From the NCBI GenBank assembly GCA_964499705.1, contig CAZCME010000003.1, positions 62,001 to 126,000 on the forward strand: 64,000 nucleotides of DNA, in the 5' to 3' direction. The position numbers and the translations under genes were made by a program. Positions 42,651-52,104 of the stretch are shown one piece after another. Origin of the DNA: an uncultured bacterium (lineage in GTDB: Bacteria > UBA8481). Positions within the stretch are counted from its first letter, which is position 1; each line of letters opens with the position of its first letter. The notes beneath the pieces are model-generated. The model worked only from the letters and a program-made list of their open reading frames with translations, was not told the origin of the DNA and ran no database searches.

Positions 42651-42804
42651 AACTCGCAACTGACTACATGGCGTTAAGGCTACTTTTAGGCTCAAGGTTC
42701 TGATGAATAGATTTCAGGAGAGCGAAAACAATTTCCGATCGATCGCCTGAACCGGAGAATTTCTTGTCTTGTCACATCGATCACTCCGGATAACATTCCG
42801 CCCG

Positions 42805-44658
42805 ATGTCCGAAACCAAAGCCGTCTCGTCTCATGCCTCCTCCCGCCTCGGGTGGCTCCTCGTCTTCGCGGTCGTTTACGCGGACATCGGTACGTCCATC
42901 TTCTACGTTCCGGGCATTCTCTATCTCTCCATCGGAAACCTCGCGACCATCGCCCAGATCATCACGACCGCGGTCTTCATCTCCATTGCGCGGAAGTACG
43001 TCGAGATCTGCGAACGCTGCCCCGATGGCGGAGGTGTCGTCTCCGTCTGCCGCGAGGCATTCTCGTCCTGGCTGTTTCTTCCCCTCCTCGGAGGTTCCTT
43101 CATCACGGTCGATTATTTCCTGACCTCGGCGATCTCCGGCGTCTCCGGGCTCTATTACCTCGCCTCGTTCTCTCCCGAGATGAAGCAGTATGTCCTTCCC
43201 GCCTGCTTCGCCCTCTTCGTGGCGCTGACGGCGCTCAACATCTTCGGGCTGAAGGAGTCCGCTTCCCTTATCGCCTGGCTGGGCGCGATCGAGATCGTGG
43301 TCGTCACGATCCTCATCGGTGTTTCCGCCGTGTATCTCACCTCGAACGGCATGTGGTCCCGGATCTTCGACACCATTCTTCACCCGGGTCACGGGAAAGT
43401 TCTGACGACGGAATCCCTGATGATCGGTTACGCGACGACCTGGCTGGCCTACTCGGGCCTGGAGTCCGCGTCGCAGATCTCCGGCGCGATGGAACCTCCG
43501 ATCCGCGTCACCTCCTCGCGCGCCATGTGGCTTGTGATCGGCCTCGTCGCCGTCTTCTCGCCCTGCATCACGGCCGCGTCCATCTCCATCCTGCCGGAGC
43601 ATGTCAAGACGGGCGATCCGGAGTCGCTTCTTTCGTCGCTGGCGTTGACGATCGGCGGGACGGAATTCGGCGTGATTCTGCAGGTCATCACCGTCATCGC
43701 CGCCGCGTCGCTTCTCTTCATGGCCTGCAATACAGCCATCGTCGGCAACTATCACGTCAATGTCCGCCTCGCCGACCTGGGATACTGCCCCGCGATCCTC
43801 CGCAAACGCCATCCCAAGTTCGGGACGCCGTGGATCTCCATCGTCGTCTCCGCCGCGATCCCGATGGTCGTCCTGCTGGCCACGCGCGGCTCGATCGCCG
43901 CGCTGGGCGACCTGTATGCTTTCGGGCTTCTCGGAACACTGACGCTCTCCTCCGTCTCCATCGACAAGCTCCGATGGCGCGACGGCGACCGGAGCTTCAA
44001 CTTCTGGTGGGGCGTCTTCACGTCGGTCGCCCTGGCCGTCGCCTGGATCATCAATATCTTCCACAAGCCGTACGCTTTGTTGTTCGGAGGAATCATCGCC
44101 GGGATCATGGTCGTGACGGGCCTGAAGCACCGGGATCAGATCGAGGAGAAAGTGGACGAGGAGTTCGAGCGTGTCGAGGCGGCGGCCGCCGATACTCCCG
44201 AGGCTGCGTCGATCCTGACGCTTGAGGAAGCGATCGACGCGAAGGCGATCGAGGGTTCGAGCGTGCTCATTTCGCTCCGGTATGTGAACGCGAAACTCCT
44301 GGACGAATGCGCCTGGCACGTTCGAGGCGAGGAGAAACAGAACGCCTACGTCATCTATGTCGATGAAGCTCCTTCGTTGTTTCTTCCTCCGGGCACGAAG
44401 CCTTCGGAAAACGCCCGTCGCGTGCTGGCCGACGCCTGCGCGGCGCTGACCGAGCGCGGCGTCACCGGGATTCCGATCTGGAGGATCGCCGAGGATGCCG
44501 GACACGCCATCGCGGAAGCGGCGGTGGAACTGGGCGTGAAGACCGTGTATGTCGGAGCGTCCAAGCGGACGTTCTTCTGGCGAATGTTGAAGGGGCGCAT
44601 CCTCAAGAAACTCGCCGATTCGCTGCCGGAGTCGTGCACGCTGGTCGTCGTGGGGTAG
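42805..44658 (+). CDS. KimA/KUP-like potassium transporter (copy 2, paralog of 39418..41253)
   Basis: Shares long identical stretches with copy 1 (ARKYVEICERCPDGGGVVS, LFMACNTAIVGNYHVNVRLADLG, GDLYAFGLLGTLTLSS). Confidence 0.8.
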   Translation: MSETKAVSSHASSRLGWLLVFAVVYADIGTSIFYVPGILYLSIGNLATIAQIITTAVFISIARKYVEICERCPDGGGVVSVCREAFSSWLFLPLLGGSFITVDYFLTSAISGVSGLYYLASFSPEMKQYVLPACFALFVALTALNIFGLKESASLIAWLGAIEIVVVTILIGVSAVYLTSNGMWSRIFDTILHPGHGKVLTTESLMIGYATTWLAYSGLESASQISGAMEPPIRVTSSRAMWLVIGLVAVFSPCITAASISILPEHVKTGDPESLLSSLALTIGGTEFGVILQVITVIAAASLLFMACNTAIVGNYHVNVRLADLGYCPAILRKRHPKFGTPWISIVVSAAIPMVVLLATRGSIAALGDLYAFGLLGTLTLSSVSIDKLRWRDGDRSFNFWWGVFTSVALAVAWIINIFHKPYALLFGGIIAGIMVVTGLKHRDQIEEKVDEEFERVEAAAADTPEAASILTLEEAIDAKAIEGSSVLISLRYVNAKLLDECAWHVRGEEKQNAYVIYVDEAPSLFLPPGTKPSENARRVLADACAALTERGVTGIPIWRIAEDAGHAIAEAAVELGVKTVYVGASKRTFFWRMLKGRILKKLADSLPESCTLVVVG

Positions 44659-44720
44659 GATTTACCGCTGCGTCGCTTATAGATCGCCGGATCCGCCGCC
44701 GGAACCGGCGGAAGACCGCG

Positions 44721-46115
44721 TCACCACGGATTCGACGGCACGTGCGGACTTCCGTCGCGATTCGTGTTGCCGGACGATGACGGATCGGCATAATTCATTC
44801 CCGCGCTGGAGCCGTTGAAGGAGAAAACATTTCGCGAGACGAGCGCGCCGTTGCCGTTCGCGTCGCGAGATGCGATCCTGAAATCGCTGCCGGACAGGCC
44901 GCCGCCCACGAAGCCGTCCAAGACGCGGTTATCCGAGAAGACACAGGAGCTACCGAGGAGGAGCACATTGCCGCCGGTGGCTCCGAAGATCGCGCGCCCG
45001 CCGGAGAATTCGTTGTTCGAGACGACGAGCGCCGAAGTGGAATTGCGGATCATGAGGCAGCCGCCTCCCGACTGTCCACCCTGGTTGCCGGAGCTGATAC
45101 CGTTCCGGACGCGAAAACCGTCCAGCTTCGAAGGAAGAGTGACCTGATCGGCGAAGAAGATGCCTCCCGATTGCGAACCATCGACGATCGTGGCATGGAC
45201 GGCCGCGTTGCGAGTCGAAAAGTCACGGCTCCAACCGCCCAGCAGCGCCACGCCGGATGGGATGCGGAGATGATTCTCCTGATACGTTCCTTCCGCGACA
45301 CGAATCTCGCGAATCGACCCGGGGGAGGCCACCGCGCGGTCAATGGCCGATCGAATTCCGGAATACGGGCTGAGCGCCGATCCCGTAGGCGTGGATTGCG
45401 AGGATCCCGCGCGGACGTGGAGAATTCCATCACTGGCTTCTTCGGAATAGTCGCCGCGAGCCCAGGCATCGGGTCCGGGGCCGGGAGAAAACGATGCCGC
45501 GCCGGAGGAGGAATAATGATAGAAACGATATTCGATGCTGTCGCCTTCGACGAAACCTCCCAGGTCGCACGCATACGCGAATGTCCCATCGTTCCTCGAT
45601 GTTTCCGAGGCCATGATCGGCCCGGCGAAGACCTGGTTTCCATTCTTCCGGACGAAGGCTTCCACGTAAGCCTGTCGGGCCGAGGTACCGACGACAAGCC
45701 GGACGCGGCCTCCCCCCTGGACGGAGTACGACAGCGGGGAGGCGCCGGCACTTCCTCCACCCGAGTATGAGCGTGAATTCCAGGCATTCTCGGAAGGACC
45801 GGGCGTGAAGACGCCGGGGGCACCTGCCGCATAGGAGTAAAAGCGATGTTCGATGAAGTCCCCGGCGGAAAACCCTCCGAGAACATGCTCGTAGGAATAC
45901 GTTCCGTCCACGAGCCTGGCTTGCGACGCCATGATGCTCCCCGCGAAAATCTGCGCGCCGTTTCGTCTGATGAATATTTCAATCCAGGCCTGTGGTCGCG
46001 AGAAGTTGGCCGAGAACCGGCATCGTCCTCCGGAGAGATCCTCCGCAAGAGCAGGAACAACCGCCGTGGATATTCCCAAGACCAATGTCAACGCGACAGC
46101 CACGACATGTTTCAT
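44721..46115 (-). CDS. Secreted protein: two tandem ~95-aa beta-rich modules (CBM56-like, tentative) plus DUF1565/pectin-lyase-like beta-helix
   Basis: Signal peptide; repeats QAWIEIFIRRNGAQIFAG...GGFSAGDFIEHRFYSY and QAYVEAFVRKNGNQVFAG...GGFVEGDSIEYRFYHY; GSALSPYSGIRSAI...IRVAEGTYQE, TIVDG. Confidence 0.6.
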   Translation of the reverse strand: MKHVVAVALTLVLGISTAVVPALAEDLSGGRCRFSANFSRPQAWIEIFIRRNGAQIFAGSIMASQARLVDGTYSYEHVLGGFSAGDFIEHRFYSYAAGAPGVFTPGPSENAWNSRSYSGGGSAGASPLSYSVQGGGRVRLVVGTSARQAYVEAFVRKNGNQVFAGPIMASETSRNDGTFAYACDLGGFVEGDSIEYRFYHYSSSGAASFSPGPGPDAWARGDYSEEASDGILHVRAGSSQSTPTGSALSPYSGIRSAIDRAVASPGSIREIRVAEGTYQENHLRIPSGVALLGGWSRDFSTRNAAVHATIVDGSQSGGIFFADQVTLPSKLDGFRVRNGISSGNQGGQSGGGCLMIRNSTSALVVSNNEFSGGRAIFGATGGNVLLLGSSCVFSDNRVLDGFVGGGLSGSDFRIASRDANGNGALVSRNVFSFNGSSAGMNYADPSSSGNTNRDGSPHVPSNPW

Positions 46116-46274
46116 GATGATGATCTCCCCTGAGACGATGAATTTACCGCGGCGTATTCTTCCAGATCCGCCAGCGACCGCTCAGCACGTTAAGCCTTAG
46201 CAAGCGTTTGCGCAAGCCAATTATCGCATTTACAGGAGAAAGGGTAATTTCGGCCTGGACCGTTCCGTGTCCGC

Positions 46275-46529
46275 CTAGAAGCGGAAGTGGATGAAGATCC
46301 TTCCGAAGTTCTTGTCATCCTTTTCGACGCGATGGTAGAGAGCTTTGATGGATGATTGATCGAGAAAGCGAAGCACCCTTTTCTTCAACTGGCCGGATCC
46401 CTTCCCTGGAATGATCTCCACCAGTCTTATCCGCTTTTCGACCGCTTCCCGGATCACTCGATGGAGTTCATTGTCGATCTCGCGGCCGCGATGGAAAATC
46501 TCGTGCAGATCCAGCTTCAGTCTGGCCAT
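46275..46529 (-). CDS. Stand-alone Smr/MutS2 domain protein
   Basis: KLDLH...IIPGKGSGQLKKRV...NFG. Confidence 0.85.
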   Translation of the reverse strand: MARLKLDLHEIFHRGREIDNELHRVIREAVEKRIRLVEIIPGKGSGQLKKRVLRFLDQSSIKALYHRVEKDDKNFGRIFIHFRF

Positions 46530-46531
46530 CG

Positions 46532-47872
46532 CTACGGTACTTGTCTTCTACGGACCGGATACAAGTCGCTGATCGGGACCGGATGAAGATTTTCCGGAGG
46601 CGGTTCGAAGTGTACACCCCTCCTTCGCAGGAAGGATTCGATGACCTGGCGATGCGACGGCAGGGCGAATGAAATGGTTCGAGAATCCGCGTACGCTTCC
46701 AGGTCGGGTCCATACCACATGAAGACGGGAGCCGCGGACGACTTATCCAGCAGGATCGGACTGCGATTCTGGCGCAATTCAGAAAGCACTTCCCGCATCA
46801 GGGGCCGGCGATCCGTGCGCCAGTGAAAATTGTCGGACAGATCGAGAATTCTAAACGAGAAATGGGCGATCACGAGGAGAGAAAGCGGAACCAGAAGAAG
46901 CCTTATCCCTTTGGGCAATCCCATGATGCCGAGCGATGTCAGAGCGAATATGAAGGGAGCGGAAGGCAGAACGAAGCGTCGATTCCAGAAAGAGGACATG
47001 ATGATGCTGACGGCCATGATGAGATGCAGGGGAATATAGGCGAGCGTGATCATCGTCAACCCCCTGCGCCCGATGAGCCATGCGCCGTGGAGCGTGAGGA
47101 TCATCCCGCAGCCCGTTGCCGCGATCGAAAAGAGCGAAGGTTCTTCCTCGAGATAGGGCCCGAAGAATATGGCCTTTACCGTGCCGGGAATCATCTGGAT
47201 TTGAGCGGGCTCGTAGCGGACTCCCGAAGCAAGTCCTCCGGACGCAATCAGGAACGCGGCGCATATCGCGATTCCAAGGCCGGGCCGGTCTCTTCGGAAT
47301 TCGGGCAGGAACCAGAGTACGCCGAGGAAAAGTGACAGCGTGGGAAGTGTGCATGCTCCCGCCAGAGCCAGGATTGCGCGCGCGGGCTGAGAGGAAGCGA
47401 GCAGCCAGCCGAGAAGTATGATTCCGCCGAAAACATGCATGCGGACCTGCGAACCGTTGTAGATGTTCCATGGAGCGAGGACGCAGAAAAGGGCGGCCAG
47501 CAACGCCGTGCCGGCGGCGAATTGCCGCGCCAGATAGCGCCGCAGAAGCAGGGGCATGATGGAGGACGCCAGGATCGAGGGTAGCCTGAGCCAGAGCTCG
47601 CTCGTCGCGATCTGCATCCAGCCTTTCAGGAAGAGAAAATAGAGAGGACCGAAACCCTGGAGCGACGCGGGAGAACAGATATCGCGGAGGGAATTCTCCG
47701 CGATGGCGATCGAGTGAATCTCGTCGAACCAGAGATCGGTTCTAAAACCGAGCGTGAAACGAAGCGCTAATGCCGCCAGAAACAGCGCCGCGTCGACCGC
47801 GATTCCATAGGGGCCGGACAGGAAGGAATCCACTGTTCCCGGTCGATTCAGTTCGGGAGCATTTTGATCCAC
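46532..47872 (-). CDS. Membrane glycosyltransferase, GT39/ArnT-like (GT-C)
   Basis: LWFDE first-loop motif, PLYF, SELWLRLPS, QVRM; multi-TM. Confidence 0.7.
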   Translation of the reverse strand: MDQNAPELNRPGTVDSFLSGPYGIAVDAALFLAALALRFTLGFRTDLWFDEIHSIAIAENSLRDICSPASLQGFGPLYFLFLKGWMQIATSELWLRLPSILASSIMPLLLRRYLARQFAAGTALLAALFCVLAPWNIYNGSQVRMHVFGGIILLGWLLASSQPARAILALAGACTLPTLSLFLGVLWFLPEFRRDRPGLGIAICAAFLIASGGLASGVRYEPAQIQMIPGTVKAIFFGPYLEEEPSLFSIAATGCGMILTLHGAWLIGRRGLTMITLAYIPLHLIMAVSIIMSSFWNRRFVLPSAPFIFALTSLGIMGLPKGIRLLLVPLSLLVIAHFSFRILDLSDNFHWRTDRRPLMREVLSELRQNRSPILLDKSSAAPVFMWYGPDLEAYADSRTISFALPSHRQVIESFLRRRGVHFEPPPENLHPVPISDLYPVRRRQVP

Positions 47873-47875
47873 GGG

Positions 47876-49273
47876 TTACCTGGAGTCCGCCGCGTCGGAA
47901 GCCAGTGAATAAATCGTCGCCACCGCGGTCGCCGAAGTCAGCGCGAATCCAATGAGGCCCGCAGGAAGCGACAAGCCCAGGAGATTCGTGTACCAAAGAT
48001 CGACCCAGCCGGTGCCGAAGAGCCAGTGAAGCTGGCCGATCATGGAGGAATGCTCGAAGCTCCAGAGCGTGGACACCTTGTGGTCCTGCGCCCACTGGAG
48101 GTAGGACATGAAGTTGGTCGTCAGGCCGGCGAGCTGGGCGGCGAAACCGACGACGGCCGTGGTCACGACGATCGTTCTTCCCCGCGAGGTCGTGAGAAGC
48201 CGCTCCACAATGAATCCGGCCGGAATCATGATGACGGGCATCAGGGCAACGAGGCGGCGCGGCCCGTAGGACCATCCTCCCATCCACGAGTGCCAGTGCG
48301 CGTGCAGCAGCAGGAGCGGAACGATGATGACGGCGAAGAGGGCCAGGAGAAGCCTGTTCCGGCGGCCCAGGTCCACGCAACCCCAGATGGCGAGCCACAC
48401 GGGCGCCGCATACCAGAGCACGCCTTTACCAGGAGAGGCGATGAGGCCGAAGAGCCCGATATGAAATGGCGTGGAGAAGACGTCATGCGGATTATCTGTG
48501 AGCGTGCCCTGGTCCGTCGGCGAACCGAAGCGGGCGTAATTATAGAGAGCCAGCAGCAGTCCCATGAAAATGATCGGCGCGAAGAAGCGAACGAGCTTGC
48601 GCCAGCCGCCATGTCGAGAGAGTGAGAGCATGAGAGGAGTCGATATGCAGAGAATGACGGCAATGGAAGGAGCCAGCAGCGCATATTCCGCGCGCGTCGC
48701 AAAGGCGATGGCGACGGCGGCGCCGCTCCATGCCGGCCTGTTCGCCAGGTGCATCTGGACAGCCAGCGTGACGGCCAGGGCGGTGAGCGCATCGTTGAAG
48801 AGCCCCCGGCCGTAGACGGATAACGTGGTGCAGAACAGAAGCAGAAGCGTCGTGATCCTGGCGGATCTGTCCGGAACGCCGGCGAGTCGAAGGAGCGTGA
48901 AGAAACAGGGCGCGATGAGCGCGACGAAAAAGCAATTGGCGAAGGAAGCGATGATGTCGGCGATGAGACGGGCCTTCGCCGGGCCGGCGAGGAATCCGAA
49001 TATTTTTCCCACCATGTAAAAGGGAATCAGGGCCGCCGACATTCCGATGCCGAATTTCGAATATTGCTCGCCGTTCGGTCCCGGCTTGTAATAAAGCCGC
49101 ATCTCCGGGCCGAAATGCAGCTCCGCTTTACCTTCATTGACGATTCCGGCCGCGATGTCCGCGATGGCCACTTCGTCGAAGGAGAAGACATGCCCCGAGG
49201 CGAAGGTGAGCTGGAACAGGAGCGCCGCGAGAAAAAGGCGGAACCGCGTTCCCCGGACGACCGATGATTTCAC
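47876..49273 (-). CDS. Membrane glycosyltransferase-like protein (GT-C)
   Basis: SFDE, YSKFGIG, YNYARFGSP, SPGKGVLWYAAP, WMGGWSYGPRRL. Confidence 0.65.
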   Translation of the reverse strand: MKSSVVRGTRFRLFLAALLFQLTFASGHVFSFDEVAIADIAAGIVNEGKAELHFGPEMRLYYKPGPNGEQYSKFGIGMSAALIPFYMVGKIFGFLAGPAKARLIADIIASFANCFFVALIAPCFFTLLRLAGVPDRSARITTLLLLFCTTLSVYGRGLFNDALTALAVTLAVQMHLANRPAWSGAAVAIAFATRAEYALLAPSIAVILCISTPLMLSLSRHGGWRKLVRFFAPIIFMGLLLALYNYARFGSPTDQGTLTDNPHDVFSTPFHIGLFGLIASPGKGVLWYAAPVWLAIWGCVDLGRRNRLLLALFAVIIVPLLLLHAHWHSWMGGWSYGPRRLVALMPVIMIPAGFIVERLLTTSRGRTIVVTTAVVGFAAQLAGLTTNFMSYLQWAQDHKVSTLWSFEHSSMIGQLHWLFGTGWVDLWYTNLLGLSLPAGLIGFALTSATAVATIYSLASDAADSR

Positions 49274-49878
49274 AGCTCGATTCCCTTTGCGGCCGGAATT
49301 CCCGCATCGAAAGCGTGCTTCAGGACTCTCATTTCCGTCGCCGTGTCGGCGAGAGCAAGGAGCTCCGGGGCGGCATCACGTCCGGTGATGACGACATGCT
49401 GTCCCTCCGGCCGGTTCCGGATCGCCGTGACGACATCCTCCGCGGCCAGCCAGCCGTAGGTGACCGGATACGTGATCTCGTCGAGAATGACGATCTTCAC
49501 GGACTCGTCTCTCAGAATATCCGCGCAGCGCGCCCAGCATTCCTGCGCGAGAGCCCTGTCCTTGTCGATGTTTTCGGAGAGCCAGGTGAATCCGTCGCCC
49601 AGCTGAATGATCTCGACGCCCGGTCCACGCAAGCCCGGTCCAGGCAGATCCGCGCCGGCCAGGGCCGCCATTTTTTCCACGGCCTTATGCTCGCCATACC
49701 GGCGATCCGTCGCCTTGATGAAGGAGAGCATGACGCAGCGCATCTGATGGCCGTACGCCCGGAGCAGGATCCCCAGCGCGGCCGTCGTCTTGCCCTTGCC
49801 GTTGCCGGTGAAGAGAAGCACCAATCCGCGCTTCGCGGCCACCGGTATGGAGGGTTTCTTCTCGACGGGCAAGTTCAT
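49270..49878 (-). CDS. cobO: Cob(I)yrinic acid a,c-diamide adenosyltransferase
   Basis: TGNGKGKTTAALG, GFTW, ILDEI, VVITGR, KHAF, GIEL. Confidence 0.93.
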   Translation of the reverse strand: MNLPVEKKPSIPVAAKRGLVLLFTGNGKGKTTAALGILLRAYGHQMRCVMLSFIKATDRRYGEHKAVEKMAALAGADLPGPGLRGPGVEIIQLGDGFTWLSENIDKDRALAQECWARCADILRDESVKIVILDEITYPVTYGWLAAEDVVTAIRNRPEGQHVVITGRDAAPELLALADTATEMRVLKHAFDAGIPAAKGIEL

Positions 49879-49965
49879 TTCCGGAATCCTATCAGTATTG
49901 AAACTTCATTTCATTTGCAAGATACTCGCTCTGTACAGGCGCGCCTGTCTCGGGAGGAACTCATC

Positions 49966-52104
49966 ATGAAAAGGTCCATCGCGGTTGTCGGCACAGTAGT
50001 CATGCTGGCGGGAATATTCCTGTCCGGGCAGACGGTTTCCGCGGCGCCGCACACGGGAGACGCGGGCGAATTTTCCGCGTTCACGATCACGGTCGGGCCC
50101 CAGCCGTTTCTCGTCGAGTTCGTCTCCCGCAATGCCGACCATGTGGCGCGCCTTGATATGGAAATCTACGACGATCCGGGAGTCCGGCAACAGCTGGTGA
50201 TGGCCTTCGGGATGACGCGCCAGCGCAGCGACGGGCCGTGGCATGATCGACTTCGCCGTGAATCCAGTTCCCGGAAACCCGTATTGCGCGCCACGGCTCC
50301 GGGTGTCGTCCGCATCGCAGTGGAAGACTACCCTGAAATCGCGGAGCGCTGGAACGTGACGAGCCTGCCGGCGTACATCATCGTTTCCGGCAAGGGGAAG
50401 GTTCTTGCCCGCCGGGAAGGCATGCCCACTCCCTCGCTGTTCATCGCGTTCATCCGCGACCATATCATGCCCATGTCCATGCCCGATACAACGGCTCCGT
50501 CCACGGTCTCTTCTTCTCCCGCGACATATGCCGCGCCGCCCGTGCCGCCGATTCCGGTCGACAACATGGTGATGGTGCCTTGGACGGCGGGAGCGCCCCG
50601 GGAGCCCGTGGTGACGACGACGTCACCGGCGGAATCCACGGTGATGTCCGGTTACGGGAGGGAACCTCTCGTGCAACCGGCGCCGGCGTCTCAGCCGCTT
50701 CCCTCCGGTAGGAACGCCGCACGCGAACCCGTCGTTCCCGCGATTGCCGCCGGAACCAGGCTCGACACGGTGACAAGCGGCCGATTCACACGGTCGGGCG
50801 CGAAGGAAGTTTTCTTCGAGCGCGAATTTTCTTCGGCGACCCTGTGGACGCTCGATCTGAAATCGTCGCCCGATAATGTCGACATCGACCTGGATGTCCT
50901 GGATGAGGAGGGCAACCAGCTGGCCCATGCCGAGGCGCCCTCCGGAGAGGAACATATCGTGATCGCCGTGAGCGCCGGAAAATACAAGGTGCGCGTCTTC
51001 TCCTTCCGGGACGCCGACATCCGGGCCACGTTCGAGCTGGCGGAACGCGGCGTTCCGCTTCCCGCGGACAGGATCGTTCCCCAGCTCGCGGGAAAGGCGC
51101 TCGCCGTGGATGAAGACCGCCGCGTTTCCACGAGCGACGGTTACCCGTCCTGGATCGTCTTTTCCGCGGCTTCCCCCGGCCGGTTCAAGTTCACGTTCGC
51201 TGAGAATGATCCCGAGGAGTATGCGTTCGATGTCCAGGCCTATAATGCCGCAGGGGAAATGATCGGCACGATGAAGGATGACGCGCTCGTCCTGGAAACG
51301 CTGACCGCGGGCCGGATTGCGCTGAAGTTCATGCCTGAAGGCTCCGCGGGAGGAAGTGTCCTTGTTCATGCCGCGAAGCATTCGGAGATCGACGCGGGAG
51401 CGGTCAGGACGGAGATCGAGGCGGGCTCCACGAAGTCGGGTTCCGTCGGTGGAAGCGCTGGGCTGGAAAAGATCTATCGCATCCGCATGCCTCGCGATGC
51501 GCGCCGGGGGGCCGGAGATGCGATGTATGAGCTTGTTCTTTCGAGCGACCGCGCGGGAGCGGACATCGACCTGGAAATATTGAAGGAGAACGGGGAACTG
51601 GTCGAGCGATCCGAAGGACCGACCGCGGATGAAACGCTCCGTGTAACCCTGCAGGACGGCGAGGAACGGTTCGTGCGCGTCTATGTGTATCGCGCGATCG
51701 ATCCCGTCCCCTTCACGCTCATGATGAAGGAAGCCGCGGCGGAGGCGCCGGCGAGGGGAACGACGCCCAGCCGGTTGAATCCCCCGGAAGACGCGCCAAC
51801 GCTGGTGGCGATAACGCCCCGGCTCGATCGCGTCGGAAGAAACGAGACGGATTGGTATCAGTTCGTGCCGGAACGCTCGGGGCTCTACAACATCATGCTC
51901 GATGGAGGCTCCACCGAAAACGATATCGATCTCGCGATCCATGATGCGGACGGCACGCAGATGGGTATTTCCCAGAACGATCATGCGCGGGAGTCGATCC
52001 TCACCCGCCTCGAAGCAGGACAGACCTTCTTCCTGCGTGTTTTCGCCTTCCAGGATTCCCCGGGTTCCGAATACAAGCTCTGGCTCCAGCCGCTCGCGCA
52101 GTGA
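49966..52104 (+). CDS. Secreted protein: Cys-less thioredoxin-like domain, Pro/Thr linker and repeated PPC-like beta-sandwich domains
   Basis: GGGAGG SD and signal peptide at ATG 49966; repeated DIDL[DEA][VI]...G...S...E motifs with YKVRV/FVRVY/FLRVF. Confidence 0.6.
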   Translation: MKRSIAVVGTVVMLAGIFLSGQTVSAAPHTGDAGEFSAFTITVGPQPFLVEFVSRNADHVARLDMEIYDDPGVRQQLVMAFGMTRQRSDGPWHDRLRRESSSRKPVLRATAPGVVRIAVEDYPEIAERWNVTSLPAYIIVSGKGKVLARREGMPTPSLFIAFIRDHIMPMSMPDTTAPSTVSSSPATYAAPPVPPIPVDNMVMVPWTAGAPREPVVTTTSPAESTVMSGYGREPLVQPAPASQPLPSGRNAAREPVVPAIAAGTRLDTVTSGRFTRSGAKEVFFEREFSSATLWTLDLKSSPDNVDIDLDVLDEEGNQLAHAEAPSGEEHIVIAVSAGKYKVRVFSFRDADIRATFELAERGVPLPADRIVPQLAGKALAVDEDRRVSTSDGYPSWIVFSAASPGRFKFTFAENDPEEYAFDVQAYNAAGEMIGTMKDDALVLETLTAGRIALKFMPEGSAGGSVLVHAAKHSEIDAGAVRTEIEAGSTKSGSVGGSAGLEKIYRIRMPRDARRGAGDAMYELVLSSDRAGADIDLEILKENGELVERSEGPTADETLRVTLQDGEERFVRVYVYRAIDPVPFTLMMKEAAAEAPARGTTPSRLNPPEDAPTLVAITPRLDRVGRNETDWYQFVPERSGLYNIMLDGGSTENDIDLAIHDADGTQMGISQNDHARESILTRLEAGQTFFLRVFAFQDSPGSEYKLWLQPLAQ

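Noticed and set aside
42651-42804. Second c-di-AMP riboswitch before transporter copy 2
   Set aside because: None of the conserved blocks (GCGGGGAACC, CCGTCAGCTAAC) is present
46199-46220. Sigma54-like promoter on the minus strand (TGCGCAAACGCTTGCT)
   Set aside because: Has GC instead of the invariant GG at -24
48610-48640. PLMLSLSRH peptide in the GT-C gene resembling the translation of a common REP-like repeat
   Set aside because: The DNA is not palindromic and has no second copy in the window; likely coincidence
49264-49965. N-terminal 234 codons of the 946-aa ORF
   Set aside because: Antisense to cobO; the real start is ATG 49966 with SD and signal peptide
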